Source: Raillietiella orientalis (taxonomy: Eukaryota). Taken from it: a stretch of DNA of 64,000 nt. The notes below the pieces were generated by a model. That model saw only the letters and a list, made by a program, of their open reading frames with translations, had not been told where the DNA came from and did no database searches. The first letter of the stretch is position 1. Every line of letters begins with the position of its first letter. Positions 14,201 through 26,142 of this stretch are shown here, one piece after another. The position numbers were made by a program, and so were the translations under genes. The stretch is from NCBI GenBank assembly GCA_036172245.1, contig JAYWIR010000002.1, positions 6,820,001 to 6,884,000 on the forward strand, written 5' to 3'.

Positions 14201-15120
14201 CTCCCCTTTTGTCATGCCTGCCGTTACCAGCGAGTGCTTCCCACAGCTGACCACCTGTCGCAGATCCTTGATCCCGCGGACCCGCCCCAGCGCGGAAGAC
14301 CGATAGCCTCCCCCCAAGTCCCTGAAGCATTTTCCGGTCGAAGGAGCCAAGTCTCTCCCTTTCTCGTCTTCCGTCCCGCCCCCACCCGAAGCCTTTCGGC
14401 GACGTGCAGCATCTCTTCCAGACTCTCCCGGCTCGACCTCGTGATGCCGTCTCCATTCCCCGATCCCTCCTCGCCCACCAGTTTGACCTGTCCGAGGCAG
14501 GCGGGACCGCTGCAGGACTCCTTGATCACGGCTGGCTGGACATCGGGACGGGTTTGCGGGAAGGCGACCGGCTTTTGTCTTTAGAAGGCACCATCCGTCA
14601 TCAGAGGTCGCCGCCGCCGTGGAAGTGTGCCATTCTGAATTGGCTCACCGCTGCCCTCTTCCCTTTCTCTTACTCGCGGCCTCTCCTTCCTGCCCTCCTT
14701 CTGGGAATAGGCAAGAGTGGAGATGATGTCCATGCTCCCAGGAGCACCATCTTCCTCCTGTCTGGGGAAGCGCCCCACGGAACCTGCACGCACTCAGCCT
14801 TCCTAGCGCTGCGAGCGTCTTGGAGAGGGAGGCGGGGTCACTCAGAGGGCAGCAGTGTCGGTTCCCGCCTCTTGGCTACAGGGCAACGCCGGTTCGAACC
14901 CACTCCCACCCCCCAGTCCCACTCGAGCCTCCCCACGAGCGCGTCTCTTCAATTCCCCCAGGATCTCAGCCTACCCGTGACGTTGGACCCAAAGTACTTC
15001 CGAGGAGACGAGAGGGCTCTGACGCAGTACGGGAAGCTCATCGTGGCGTGCCCTATTCCTGGAGGAGCTTCGCCTCTCCAGGAGGGAAAGTGGATTTACT
15101 TGCTGAAAGGAGTGGCGTAG
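2235..15120 (+). CDS. HYDIN: HYDIN (axonemal central-pair protein, tandem ASH/Ig-like domains), 3' part; the gene probably begins upstream of the window
   Basis: Phase-consistent GT-AG exons: 2235-2388, 4010-4112, 4195-4336, 5317-5529, 7667-7959, 8118-8277, 8405-8600, 8997-9221, 9288-9457, 9997-10237, 10311-10577, 11436-11605, 11662-11797, 11871-12013, 12074-12221, 12270-12404, 12465-12644, 12703-12945, 13122-13346, 13396-13574, 13630-13810, 14962-15120 (~1350 codons). Peptides are collinear with the HYDIN C-terminus as I recall it: IDFKDTLMYQ, VPFLFVGKT, FDFGPCFVHSQGMP, NQGDVGSRFLW, FSISPTEGYV, GSIFFPLSEGHG, VENWLAKPQ, ALPPRTQGPF, VPFRNVF, terminal KWIYLLKGVA*. A phase-compatible upstream exon is likely at 2042-2147. 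Confidence 0.95.
2480..3730 (+). mobile_element. Highly decayed hAT-like transposase fossil inside a HYDIN intron
   Basis: Frameshifted fragments in hAT order: VATDG/SVLGG (~2518, cf. xTDGASVMxG), LWERNWPSLKE (~2825, cf. RILEQWPALK), TPPDSESNAR..S.V......KR (~3655, cf. dimerisation-domain LPHSNAxxERxFS....KR). No intact ORF or TIRs seen. Confidence 0.3.
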
Positions 15121-17799
15121 TGGAGGATCTCCAAAACAGGTCCCGGCGGTGGCGGCGGCCCTGGTCCTCTCAAGAGGGGTCTCCGTCCGTCTCTTTCTTT
15201 CCTGCTTATCCCGAAATGCAAGGCAGGAGCTGAGCTGAGTGTATTCGGGGAGGTGATTGAGGAAGTGGGGGGGGAGGGAGGGTTGCCACAGGGAAGGGCC
15301 GTCCGCGCCAGCTGCCGCGCAGCTCGGTTGCTACGGCTTGCAGCGACGACCCACGGTAAGCGCCAAGGGGGGAAGGCCACGGTTCTCTCTCTCACCCTCT
15401 GCCCAGCGAACCCTGCGCACGGCAAGGGGTGGTGGGTGATGGGTGCTTCTGACCGGGTTTGCCCTCAGGACTCCTTGCGGGATGCGAGCGCGCCTGAGCC
15501 TACTGGAACAGCTTTCGGCTCCACGCAACCCCCGAGGACAGAAATCGAAAGGAACCCGCAGGAGGAGCAGTTTTCTGGGTCACGTTTGGTGGCCGAACGC
15601 ACACTCGGATCCTGGGGCTGCCGGCGCAAACAGCTCCAGAATACTCGTCCATCCTCGGTCCTGTTGTCGTTCGGCCGGCTTCCCGACGCAGCGGTTGCCA
15701 GGCGACGGAGCTGCCCACAGCCACTCCATACCCCTGCTGGGCTCAGGGAATGCAGCGAACCCCCCCTCCCCCCTCACCGACGAAGCCGTTGGTAGGGCAC
15801 TCGGAAGGAGGAGCAGGGAAGCTGCCTGGAGCGTCTCTGCAGCGGGGATGGGGGCGAGGAGGGTTGCAGGGACGTTTAGTGTCAGCAGAAGGGAAGGGGA
15901 GGGAGGAGAGGGAGCTTCGGTGGCGAGCGAGACGCCAGCCTCTGGTAGTGTTAGCGAGAAGGCTCCGCGCAGAGGGTTTGCCATTTTTTCAAACCTTCGG
16001 ACTTTTCAGAGCCCTCCCCTTCCAAGCAAGGGAGACCCCTACTGTCCCCCATCACCTGCGCGCTCCAGACGCCTCTGCGTGTGGTAGAGGACCCCCACAG
16101 GGCAGCTCGGGAGAAGGAGCTCGGAGGAAGGCAGGAGGGCGTGGGGAAGGGCGGATCACCGAGAGAAGGAGGAGGACGCGGATCTTGACGGGATGGCAAA
16201 CGGAGCAGCCGGGGAGAAGCTGCGGAGGAGATCCGTCTGCCGCCGCGGCGAAGGTGGACCTCCTATCAGATTATCGGCCACCCGACGGTCGCTTGTCCGT
16301 GCGAGGGCAGGTGCAGCCGGACCAGGAAGCGTCCTCCCACTCACTTTGACGTCGCGCCAGCTGGCAACGGTGGGCGTCCGGATCCATAAATGAATGGCTG
16401 GGAGGTCGGGAACCCGAATCCGGCTGCCTCGGGAACCACAACCGCCGCAGCTAAGCTCGCGAAACCCTCGGCCACCGCCCATTTGCGAATGGGGCGGGAG
16501 TTCCAGAGAGCAGTAGCACAGGAGGAACAGAAAAGAGAGGCAGACGTCTCTCTTCAGAGAGGAGGGCGACTGAGAGTACGCACCTCGACTCCACGCTCGC
16601 CACGTCTCCTTTTGGTTTCCATTTGTTTATTTTTATTTTATTTTATTTTATTTTCCCCTCCGTTTCTCCTGTCTGAGGCGGGTTTACTTGGGATCGCCGC
16701 TGCTTTTTCAGATGACCGTGGAGGCAGCAAAGGCATCAGCGTGCCTGCCATCATCCGTTTGCCCCGAGCCACACACAGATGCTCCGCGTCCTCCTTCGCG
16801 AGGACGGGTGCAGCAGGAACCGCCTCCCCGGCAGCATAAACGAGTCAGCCACTTCCGATCTCGGGAGGAAGGGAGGGGAAGAGGAGAAGGGTGGGGAGGT
16901 TCCTCCTTCTCCTGCAGGAGTGGAGGCGGTGAGCGGCCCAAAACCGCGGCATCCGTGATTGCGAGGAGACCGTCCTCACGTGGCGTCCTGCCGTGGAAGG
17001 TGGACACTCGCCCTTGACGCACCCATGCACGGAAACTTCCCAGATGGACTTTCTGAGGAGAGGAGAGTGAAGGAGAGCTGACGCGGATCCCCGGACGGAG
17101 GAATGTCACGAGAAGGGCTGGGGGAGGGGCGAAGGACCTCTCCACCCCTAAGGGACAGCACGCAGCTTGTGGTCCCAGGGGGAGAACCGGCTTCCGGAAA
17201 GGAAGGCTTTCGGAGCCTCCGCCGCGAGGGTGCAGCCAACTCGGTCACATGCGCGCGCAAGTATGCCCAAGTAGCCCTTTCCCTTTGCAGGGAAGGTGGG
17301 GGGAGGACCAGAGAGAGAAGTGTGAACCAGGAGGAGGACCGAGGATGGAGCCTCAACCGCACCCCAGCACCCGATGGTGGCATAAACCGCGCGCGCTCTC
17401 CGAGGCAGGTGAGGAGCGGAGCCGTTGGACGGCGGGGTGCATCTAGCAAAGGGCAGATCTGGGCGGAGGAGACCCGGAGAGGCCCTTGGACCACTCTGGA
17501 CGGGGGAAAAAAGCGGAGTCTGGACCGCCCGCGCAAGGAGTAGGCGGCGGGCGGACGAGCCGACCTCTGACCCTTCCCTCCCCGACGCCACCCGCGCAAC
17601 GACCGTTCTTAACAAACAGCTGTACAGGGGATGAAAGGATGCGAGGTGGGGAGAAGAAGAGGAAAAAAAATTAAAAGTGCGAGGAGAAACTTGGCGAGAG
17701 CTTCCTCAAGACTCGAGGAGAACACGATTTTTGAAAGGGGATCAGTGGTGGATCTGGGCCCGGGAGCCAGCAGCAGCCTGCGTGGGCATGCGGAGCAAA

Positions 17800-19800
17800 A
17801 AGGATGGACTGCGGGCTATTTCAGGGCATGTTCCGAGTCCATCCCGACCTGAAGCAGCGCTCCTCCTCTCTTCTCCAGCATGCATCCGCAACGATCGAGG
17901 AAGCGATCCTTTCTGTTCCGAGTCACAGCGAGCTAGCCGATTCCGCGAAGGCCCGGTCACGCGCTGCTCGGAGAGCCTTCCGGCTGCTCTCCTCGCTCCG
18001 GTGGCAGCAGCGACAACTGGTGGCGAAGCGTGGATTGCTGCCGCTGCACAACAGAGACAGCCTCTCCTTGCACGCGGGGCATCCCCCGGCTGACTCTTCT
18101 TCCATGCTACTCCGTTCAGCACCCTTTGCGTCTGTTCCAGCGGAACCCGCAAGATGGACGGAGAGAGGGAAAGTAACGCCCGTCATCGGTCGGCCGGCGC
18201 TTGACTTCATCGCCGACGGGAGCGACCACTTGGGCAGTTTCGCTAACGCCTTGCGCATCCGGAGGACTCCAGGCACGGGAAACATTTTCTCCTGTTAGCC
18301 GATAGAGGGGAGGCGAGGACAGGGAAAGAAGAGGACTTGCGTCGGCGGTATGGGGAAGAAAAGGGTGGCGCCAGTGTGCGTGAGCACCACCAGCATCCAG
18401 AGCAGCAGCTGGGACGATCCGGGTTGGCTGGCTGACCGGGACGAACACCCGCCAGCAAGTCTCCACTGGAGGAGCGATCACTTGGTATGGCGAACCCCAT
18501 GTGCCCCAGCTTCCACCGCATGCACCAGAGTTTGAACCAGCGCCAAAAGAGAGGAGCGGGGGGGAATCTTCTCAGCTCTCTGAGGCTCTTTCACTGCACT
18601 TCCTGGAAACGAACACTGCCGCCCTCCTTCTAAGGGCGCAGGAAAGCGGATTCCAGCTCTCATCGGCGGTCGCAAGAGGGATTGCCCGCTCCTGTCTCCC
18701 TCCTAGCCCTTGCCCTCAGGAGACGCTCTTCCGGGACGACCAATCGGAGTACTAAATCTACCCTGGGCATGGCGAAAGCACCCTGCATGCATCGGCGCGC
18801 CCTGCAAACAGCCCGCAGTGAGCTCGCACGCACGAGCACGCCACATCTGATGCTCCCCGAGATCATCAACCCTTGTCTCTAAGATTACCCACACATGGAC
18901 TACGATCCAGAACAGACCTGCACGAACCCCAGACTCGTCCTAGCCGCTTTACGAGCCGCCCCCTACGTTGATCTTTGCATTTGCCAGCCGCTACTCTCTC
19001 GAAGCTCCATCTCGCGGCCCCCGCCGTTCTTCAGGAGCACCTTCCGTGGTGTCCCTCGGAATGTGCACCGACCGCTTCCTGAACTTCCTGCATCCAGAGA
19101 GCTGCCTTCGCTCTCGCCGAGGGATTCCCGGACGCCATGCTCAAGGTTCGCTCTTCCAGGAAAACGACAGTGTGCTCTTTCAAGAGTTGACTCGTGAGGG
19201 GCGGCGTGGAGTCTGTCCGCCCCGCGTGAGGTGGCAGCTGCTCTGTTCGCGCGCGCCACCCGCTTTTGTCCGGCGACTGGTCCAAGGACTCAGCGGCCAG
19301 CTGCAGCAAACGTGTGCTGGTGCTGTAGTCTTTTGTTTTCAACGAACAGCGCAGCCTCGGCAGTACGAGGATCTGGGACGGCCGCCGCAGCACCCTCTAG
19401 GGCGTTCCAACTTCTGACTGGAAACGAGGTGGCGCGAGAGTCGCCGGATGAGCTTTCAAAGAGAAGGGGGAGATCTATCCAATTTCCATCGGATAGGTCT
19501 ACCGCTGTACGTGGTGATCTATCCTATGGAAATCAGGAATGACAGATGAAGCGGCTCCATTCCGAGGGGCGTTCCAAGGCTCGTGCGCGCGGTGCCAAAG
19601 AGCCGGAGAGAGGGGATCTCCGAGTTTGCTTTTGCCACGGTCGCAGCATCTTGATCGTTCCGAATCGGCGAGGAGCCGCCGCATTGCCCAACAGCATCTC
19701 CTACCTCTTGGAAAGGAGGCTGACTGGCATCCTAATCGAGAGAGAGCGCCGACTCCAAGCGGCGCGCCCGAGCCTCTTCGGTCCTCCCTGGAGGCGAGAA
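17800..19800 (+). mobile_element. Decayed hAT (ZNF862-like) transposase fossil
   Basis: Collinear motifs across frameshifts: LVAKRGLLP (~18017), FIADGSDH (~18206, first catalytic D region), GWLAD/GTNT (~18422), CPSFHR/TAC (~18501, cf. CHSFHL..AC), ALPNSISYLLERR (~19681, cf. LPHSxAxxER dimerisation motif). Confidence 0.45.
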
Positions 19801-22739
19801 ACTCTAGGACAGGCGCCGAACCAGCCACCCAGAGCCTGGGTCCTCGAAATGTGATGGAGCAATCGAATCGGGAGGTCAGGCACGAAGAGGGGCAAGGAGG
19901 GAAGCGCGTTCAACGTGGCCCGTGGTTCAGGAACAAAGACCAAGCAGTGCTGCGGGGCAGGAATGCGGCAGACAGGAGGAGCGCACCCAGACAGAACGCA
20001 CGGCTACAAGAATCACGCACATTTGAAAGTTAGTCGTGGTCTTGAAAACCCTCATCTCGCTGTGTTATTTCACTCGCCCCTCCCCCTTCCTTCTTCCCTC
20101 CCTCCTCCTCCTCTGAAGAGCGCGTCTGCTTCTTGAACCTTTCACCGACCGTCACCCCACTTTCACCGCTAGTGCGCTGCTCCCGTACGTTGGAAGTTTC
20201 TCGCCTGACATCTTCCAGAACTTTCTCGCTCCTCATGATGTATACACTTTGCCTTCTTCGCTATGCACGGAGAAGATGTGCTTGCTGAGCAGCAGCAGCT
20301 CTCCTGGTGCTCCAGCTCACTTCTCTGGACTCTCGTGTCTACCTGCAGCGGATCCACCACACGGGCGGAAGGCTTTGTCGTCCAGAGGAATGCTAAACGG
20401 AAGAAAGCTTTTTATCGCTGCCATCCCACCATTTCTGCGCTGACTGTCCTTGATTTTATTTTTTTGTTTTTGTTGGCCAAAGGAGCTGCTCGTCCCTACA
20501 CCGGTGCGTGCTGGCTGCTCGCGGTCCAAACGATAAACACTGATATCACGTGGACAATCGGTACCCGCGAGAACAGGAAGTCTTTCCTTTCGTGGTGTGG
20601 TCCTTCTCCTTCCGATAACCAGCGCGAGATGAAATCGGAAGCCTTTCCGATGAAACGAACCGCCGTCACCCTTTTGGGAAAGGGGCAGCGCGCGATCCGT
20701 CACCCCGCACTCAGTTTAGCAGGGTCGAATCCAGCTTTCCCGGTCACCATCATTATGCGTCAGCGTTTTCCACGATGTAACGGGCTGCTCGTCTACGTCA
20801 CGAGCGCACTTCCGAGATCCCCACGCTCATTCGCACGCACGCACGCACGGAACGCAATGAGGATGGGCGTCGCTGCTATTGCTACTGTTCTGCAAGCTCT
20901 CGAAGCTCAGGAAATGAGCGAACTCCGGTCTGGAACCCCCTAAAGTACCCAGCGCAAAAGAAATTTCCAGACCTCTCTAAAAAACGTCCATCTCGGCCTC
21001 CACGTCTGGTGAATGGAAGGCCGGCGACGTGACGTCCATTCGTGACGTCAGGCGAGAGGAGCACGCGCGCACACCCTGGGACGGACCAGAGAGTGACGTT
21101 GTGTCCACGAGCTGAGCGAAGAGCAGCCGGCCATCTTCGTGGAACCAGGAGAGAGAGCGGCCCCGCGTTGGGGAAGGGGGGAGGGCGATGGCAGCACTCG
21201 AAACGACGAGGTGAGTCTCCCTTTCTCACCAAGGGGGAAACGACGCGGGAGCCTTTCTGCCCGGATGCGTGAGCCAAGGAGATCCTCCACCCATCGTCTG
21301 CAGACGTGCTTGTCTACCACATCATCAAGCTGCGTCGAGCAGCAGCGGAAGGCCTCTTTGGACGGGAAACCCTTCCACTGTTCGACCCCCGGAGGGCGGA
21401 GAAGAGGCGCAAGCGAAGGCGAAGGCGAAGTCATTTATTCTCCCCCCCCCCCCGTGCCTCCGCGCGTTCCTCTCTTTCAGATGCTATCTCCTCCCCCCCC
21501 TTCCTCCTCGAAGGGACAAACGAAAACACCGCGCAGCAACGGAGTAGTCCGAAGGTTGCTATGTGCATGAGGATGCAGGCTATCAAACACGTGCATCTTG
21601 GGCTGTAAGCGCGTTTTTTCCCTCCCTTCTTTCCCTTCGCACTAAGGAGTGACGGCTGTCGTTCCTTTTTTTTGTCAACGATGGGGCGGCAACCACAGAA
21701 GCCCACATCCGACGACGTTCTTGGAGATTGCGGGGTACATCCAGAGTCTCCGGGAGCTTCCCGTCCACGCATTTGCGCGTCTTGGACTCTTGGCGGGAAG
21801 AGAGCGGTCTCCTGGCGAAGAGGGAAGGAGTCCCCAGAGGCTGCAGAGCACTAGGGTCGGATCTCGAGAGCTCCCTCTCGCCAAGGCCAGCCAAGCGCGT
21901 GCGGCACCCATCCTTTTTTCAGGTTTTCTTTTTTTTTGGTTCTCAAGAAAGAAAGTACCTCAAGAAACGGCCGCGTGCCTCGCGGCGCACGTGGCTCATT
22001 TAAACACACTGTTTTGTTTCCACGCCTCTCCCCTGCGACAACCCCGCAGAAGGGCGTGTAATTCCTCAGTGAGTAGGAAGGAGAGTGCCGGGGGGGGGGG
22101 GGAGGATGCCCATCCACTCACCCAACCTCATAGCAAGTTCCGGAAAGAGACATCGAGAGCATCCCGTCTGGCGCACTCCACTTCCTTTCTGGAGTAGCCG
22201 ACTCTTGAGCACACGAGGAAAGCAGGAACCCCGAAGAACCAGTGAGGAGGAGGACTTGGAAAGAATCCGAGTGACCGGTGACCCCGGCCCGCGGAGAGAG
22301 TCAGTGTGTAGTGACCCTTCCGAGTTTCTTGTTTTACTTCCTGGCTTTGCAGTGAAGAAGACATTCCTCCGACTCCGTCGTGGGGTGGAACCGGAATGAA
22401 TCCGAGGTCACTGCTTAGTGATGACCCCCTCCACCACCACCTCCTTTTTTTTTTAAACCCTTGTCTTCTTTTCTTTCTTTCCTATCTTGTCCTTCCAGCA
22501 CGGCACGCACGTCTCCACGGGTGGCTCGCAGTGCTGCTCGTTGGTTCGCCGAAGCCAACCAAGTCGACAACGCCAAGCTCCCTCTGCCCTTCGGATGGGC
22601 ACTTTGCTGTGGCCCAGCATCTCCTTCGTTATCACCACATGCGCGCAGAGGGCCGTACTGCCCTTCCGTGTGTAACCCGCGGTCAACCAGGCTCCGATCG
22701 ATTCCGATCGCCACCGTCCGAGGGGGGAAAGGGGGCAGC

Positions 22740-23800
22740 TCTCGTGGCGACACGGAGAGCCCGGTCGACCCTCGGATATGGTAGTCAGGAGCGCTTCAAG
22801 AGCCTTCCGGAGGGGGTTGAGTGCTGGCAGCTTTCACGTTCTCTTCGCCTTTGTAGCCATGGAGATCGGTCGTGAGAGCTGCGCTGCGGCGCCGCGAGTT
22901 CCTTTTCTGGGAGAGTTAAGCGCAGTCTTCGTCCGCAAAGAGGACTTCAGGGGCAGAGGAGTCTCCAAGCGAAGATAATCTAGGCATCTTCCATTCTTCA
23001 GCGTCTCCGAGAGGACGCATCTCACGGCTGAATTGTAGCAGCAGAGTCTTACGGCGGGGAAGATTCTGCTGCTCTGTTTCCAAGTTGGAGGACAGGTGAT
23101 GGGAAGAGAATCTCCTCAAGGTGCATCGCGAGCAGAGAGACCTTTTTCTCCTCTCTTCCTCCTCTCCCTCCCTTTCTTCTCCTCCTCCTCTACCCTTCCC
23201 CTCCTCTTCCTCCTCTTCCTTTTTTCCCTTCCTCCTTCTCCTCCTCTTCCCTGCTGTGCTTTCCCTCTGCCTCCATCCCGTTCCTCGAATACGCCCTCGA
23301 AATCCACCCGCGCTTCTTGTGTCTGCTGGAACCTCTTGATGACGTCGTGACCGACAGCCCTCGGTTTCGAACGCTTGTCTTTCATACTCCGGAAGACCCG
23401 TGGGAAGACGCGCCTCTCCCCCAACTAAAGTTCGAGGGGCTGCGGGCGGGAAAGAGGAGCAGAGTGCCGCAGATGATGGAAAAAGATGATAGCCAGGATC
23501 GAAAATAGAAGTAGGTCGAGCCCCCCGAACGCCATTTCTGCGGCTCCTCCCCCCCGCTCCCCCCGCACAGCCCTTCGAAACGGATAAAGACGTGCAACGG
23601 TTTCCAAGGAACCCCGATCGGTCGCACTGATTCTGTCCCGAGCTGAGTTTGCCTGGCACCATCCCGAGGAATGATGCAGCATTCCCACTGCTCGGCGTCA
23701 AGGAGAGAAGGGAGCGAGTGAGGGGGGGGGGGGAAGAAAAACGTGGTTTCGCTTTCTTTCGGAAGGAGAGGAGCACGGTCTCTCTCCGTCTCTCTCCGGA
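22740..23800 (-). mobile_element. Decayed hAT (ZMYM1-like) transposase fossil
   Basis: Minus-strand fragments RVDFEGVFEE (~23300), LSRPISMATKAKRT (~22860, cf. LTLPVSTATAERSF) and TTISEGR/TGLSV (~22770, cf. STMSEERLTGLAL). Interrupted by a purine-rich simple repeat. Confidence 0.35.
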
Positions 23801-25344
23801 TGCTTTGGAATTGCGCTGCGCTCGGGATCAAGCAGTCCACGGGAGAGGAAACCTTCAGGCGAGGCCGTGGTCTCCAAGTGCAGGTTCCGTTCTCTCTTCA
23901 CCTCAGGAAGCGGAGGATCTTACAGTAATGAGGAAGGAGGAGAGAGGAAAGTGGAAAGGGGGAGGGGGACAGAATCTGACATTCTCCCGTTGCTGGTGAG
24001 GCGCGGACCCGCTAAGGCGGCACCCTGGGCTTCTTACCGCAGCAGCCTCCTCTGGGGGGTTTCCTGTTCACTGAAGGAGATTTTCAGCCCCAACCTCTGA
24101 ATAACACTGCTGGAAGGCCGAAAGAAGGTGGCCCACATCGGCAAAAAGAGTTGAGGACAGCGAGGCGGAGACCTCTCTGTGGGCAATGAGCATCCTACCC
24201 TGGCGCCAGCGCTTTGGACACTCTCGCGAGTGGCGTCGAAACCTCTTCCTCCCTACCCCCCTTCGATCGCTCACCCGATCGTGGTGACCACGGCTGATTC
24301 CTCGGGAGTCTCCGCGCGAGCCGAATCCGCCCCCTGGAACGTGAACTTGGAAAATGCCGGCGGCACTTCCGAGACGTGGGAGAAGCCGTTCCCGATGGAC
24401 CCGGTTCGAGGCCGCTGCTTTTCGCAAGTTAGAGGGCCGTTCCGCCCGCTGGTACGCGCACGCCGTGATGCTTCGCTTCCCGAAGAGCATCTTCCCCCCT
24501 CCCCTCATACCCTCCCCCCTCCTCGATTGTCCTCCCGACGTCCGGGGTCGCCAGCGACAAAGGCGAGCGGCGGCGACGACTTCCTGCTTCCCGGTGGCGC
24601 TTCCTCGCACACCCGTGGCGCGGACGCCGCCAGCCAGCTTCCTCCCCCTCCCACCGGGGTTTCTCCGGAATGTCCGTTACAACGGAAACGGAAGGGCCGG
24701 GAAGCCGGCAGGGAACTGCAGGCGAAAATGGGAGATCGGAGGTCTCCCCTCTTTCAGAGCAGAAGAAGCACCGGTACTTCCGTGAGGGAGTTCGAGGACG
24801 CCCACCGGCCGCAGTTGTCCGCAGTTGCCCCTCGAGTTTATGCGGAGGAAAGCTGCTCAGGGAACACGGACCCGAGGTTCAGAACCGAGGAGGATGTCTC
24901 CGGCAGGCAAGAAGCGGTGGCCACCGCTCCGGACGAGCCATAGATGCTCTTGACCTGCTATCCTCCTCGGCATCCCTTCCGGAAGAACGTTCCCGACAAA
25001 AGACAAGGACTACGGGCGATCATGCGAGTCCCTGTCGCCCGGGATGGGGCGTCCACCGCGCTCGTCTTCGGCTGAAGCGGAGCGCTCGGCAGCTGCCGGC
25101 CGCGCCAACGCTCCAAGAGCGCGCCGTCCTGCGCTCGAACGCCTGCTGGGCGTCCCGGGCACCGGTCGACCTCCGAACCGGAACAGCTGACCTTCCTCAC
25201 CCAGCGCTGCTTCTCGTGCGGGAAAAGCAGCTCTGGTCTCGTCCTGGGAGGCAGCGTCGTCCGCTCTAGGGAGGCGGAGACTCCGCTGTGGAGCGCCGAA
25301 CTTTCGGCGCCGTGGCCGCGTGCGCAGACGGGACGCTCGCCTGC

Positions 25345-25400
25345 GGGAAGGATGGCCGCGCGGACGCGGCAACGAAGCGTCGCAGGTTCGAATCCCGCCC
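25345..25400 (+). ncRNA. tRNA-derived (Leu/Ser-like) Pol III promoter head, SINE-like; not a complete tRNA
   Basis: AGGATGGCCGCGCGGAC (A-box TGGCCGCGCGG at 25353-25363; cf. tRNA-Leu AGGATGGCCGAGCGGTC) followed by CGCAGGTTCGAATCCCGCC (B-box GGTTCGAATCC at 25385-25395; cf. tRNA-Ser CGCAGGTTCGAATCCTGCC). The spacer is too short for an anticodon arm plus variable arm. Confidence 0.5.
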
Positions 25401-26142
25401 GGAAAGACAGGATCGATGCTCAGAACAGGAGGGAAGCGCGTCGTGAGAATTTCGATCCCCCTCACCCCCTCAAGATGGCGACGGCTGACCTCGGTTGGTT
25501 TTGGGTGTGGTAGCACTGCTGGAAGCCGAATGAAGGACATCTACGTGCTCATCAACTACCTGAGCTGCGTCATCTGGCTGCTCATCGGAACCTCGGTCAT
25601 CGGGATGCTTGACTGGCCGGGATTTGGAGTTGATGCTCCGGGGTCCTTCCAGGACATCAGGGAGTCCTTCGGAGTTCCCTGTCTCCGGTCGTGAAAATGG
25701 AGGCGTTCCACGGAACTGATTGATACCCCTCCTCGGGTGGAGGGGGTCACCTCTCCAGAGTGCTGCAGAAGGGCGCTCCTCCTTTCGGGGAGCGCCCTTT
25801 CAGGGAAACCGGAAAGCGTCCCTTCGGGATTTCTCCTCAGAATAGGAGCAAAGAAGGAGCGGATCCTTTCCAGGTTCCCCTCAAAGAAGGAACGAAGAGT
25901 GCCCCCGCGAACCGGGAGGTCCCTCCGGAGAGAATCAGGGAGAGGTGGTTCCCTTCGGGGTTCGTTCCCTACCAAGAGGGAGAGGAACGGACCCCTTCAT
26001 CGGAACCCTTCCTGGATCCACAGGGAGGTCCCTACTGGATTCCCCCTATAACTGGTAGAATGATGCGCATCCCCTGGGGGGTGGCGTAGATGGCGTCGAA
26101 GGGCGCCGTGGGCCTCCTCTGAAAATACGGGTGGTTCTTCAG
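25373..26142 (+). repeat. Direct repeat copy A (~770 bp), ending ~1.15 kb upstream of the SLC7 start codon
   Basis: Aligns without gaps to 39283-40052 (offset 13910) with about 8 substitutions by manual comparison. The near-identical ORF pairs in the track (e.g. 25737/39647, 25760/39670) agree. Confidence 0.97.
25531..25609 (+). pseudogene. Copy of an SLC7 exon-6 fragment within repeat A
   Basis: 79 bp matching 38700-38778 with 3 mismatches; encodes [25 protein letters not shown]; lacks the exon's own splice sites. Confidence 0.92.

Noticed and set aside
25345..25410. Functional tRNA gene
   Set aside because: No room for an anticodon arm and no acceptor stem; kept only as a tRNA-derived head.
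25714..25750. Hammerhead ribozyme at CTGATTGA plus hairpin
   Set aside because: The core is not CUGANGA, and no GAAA follows the stem.
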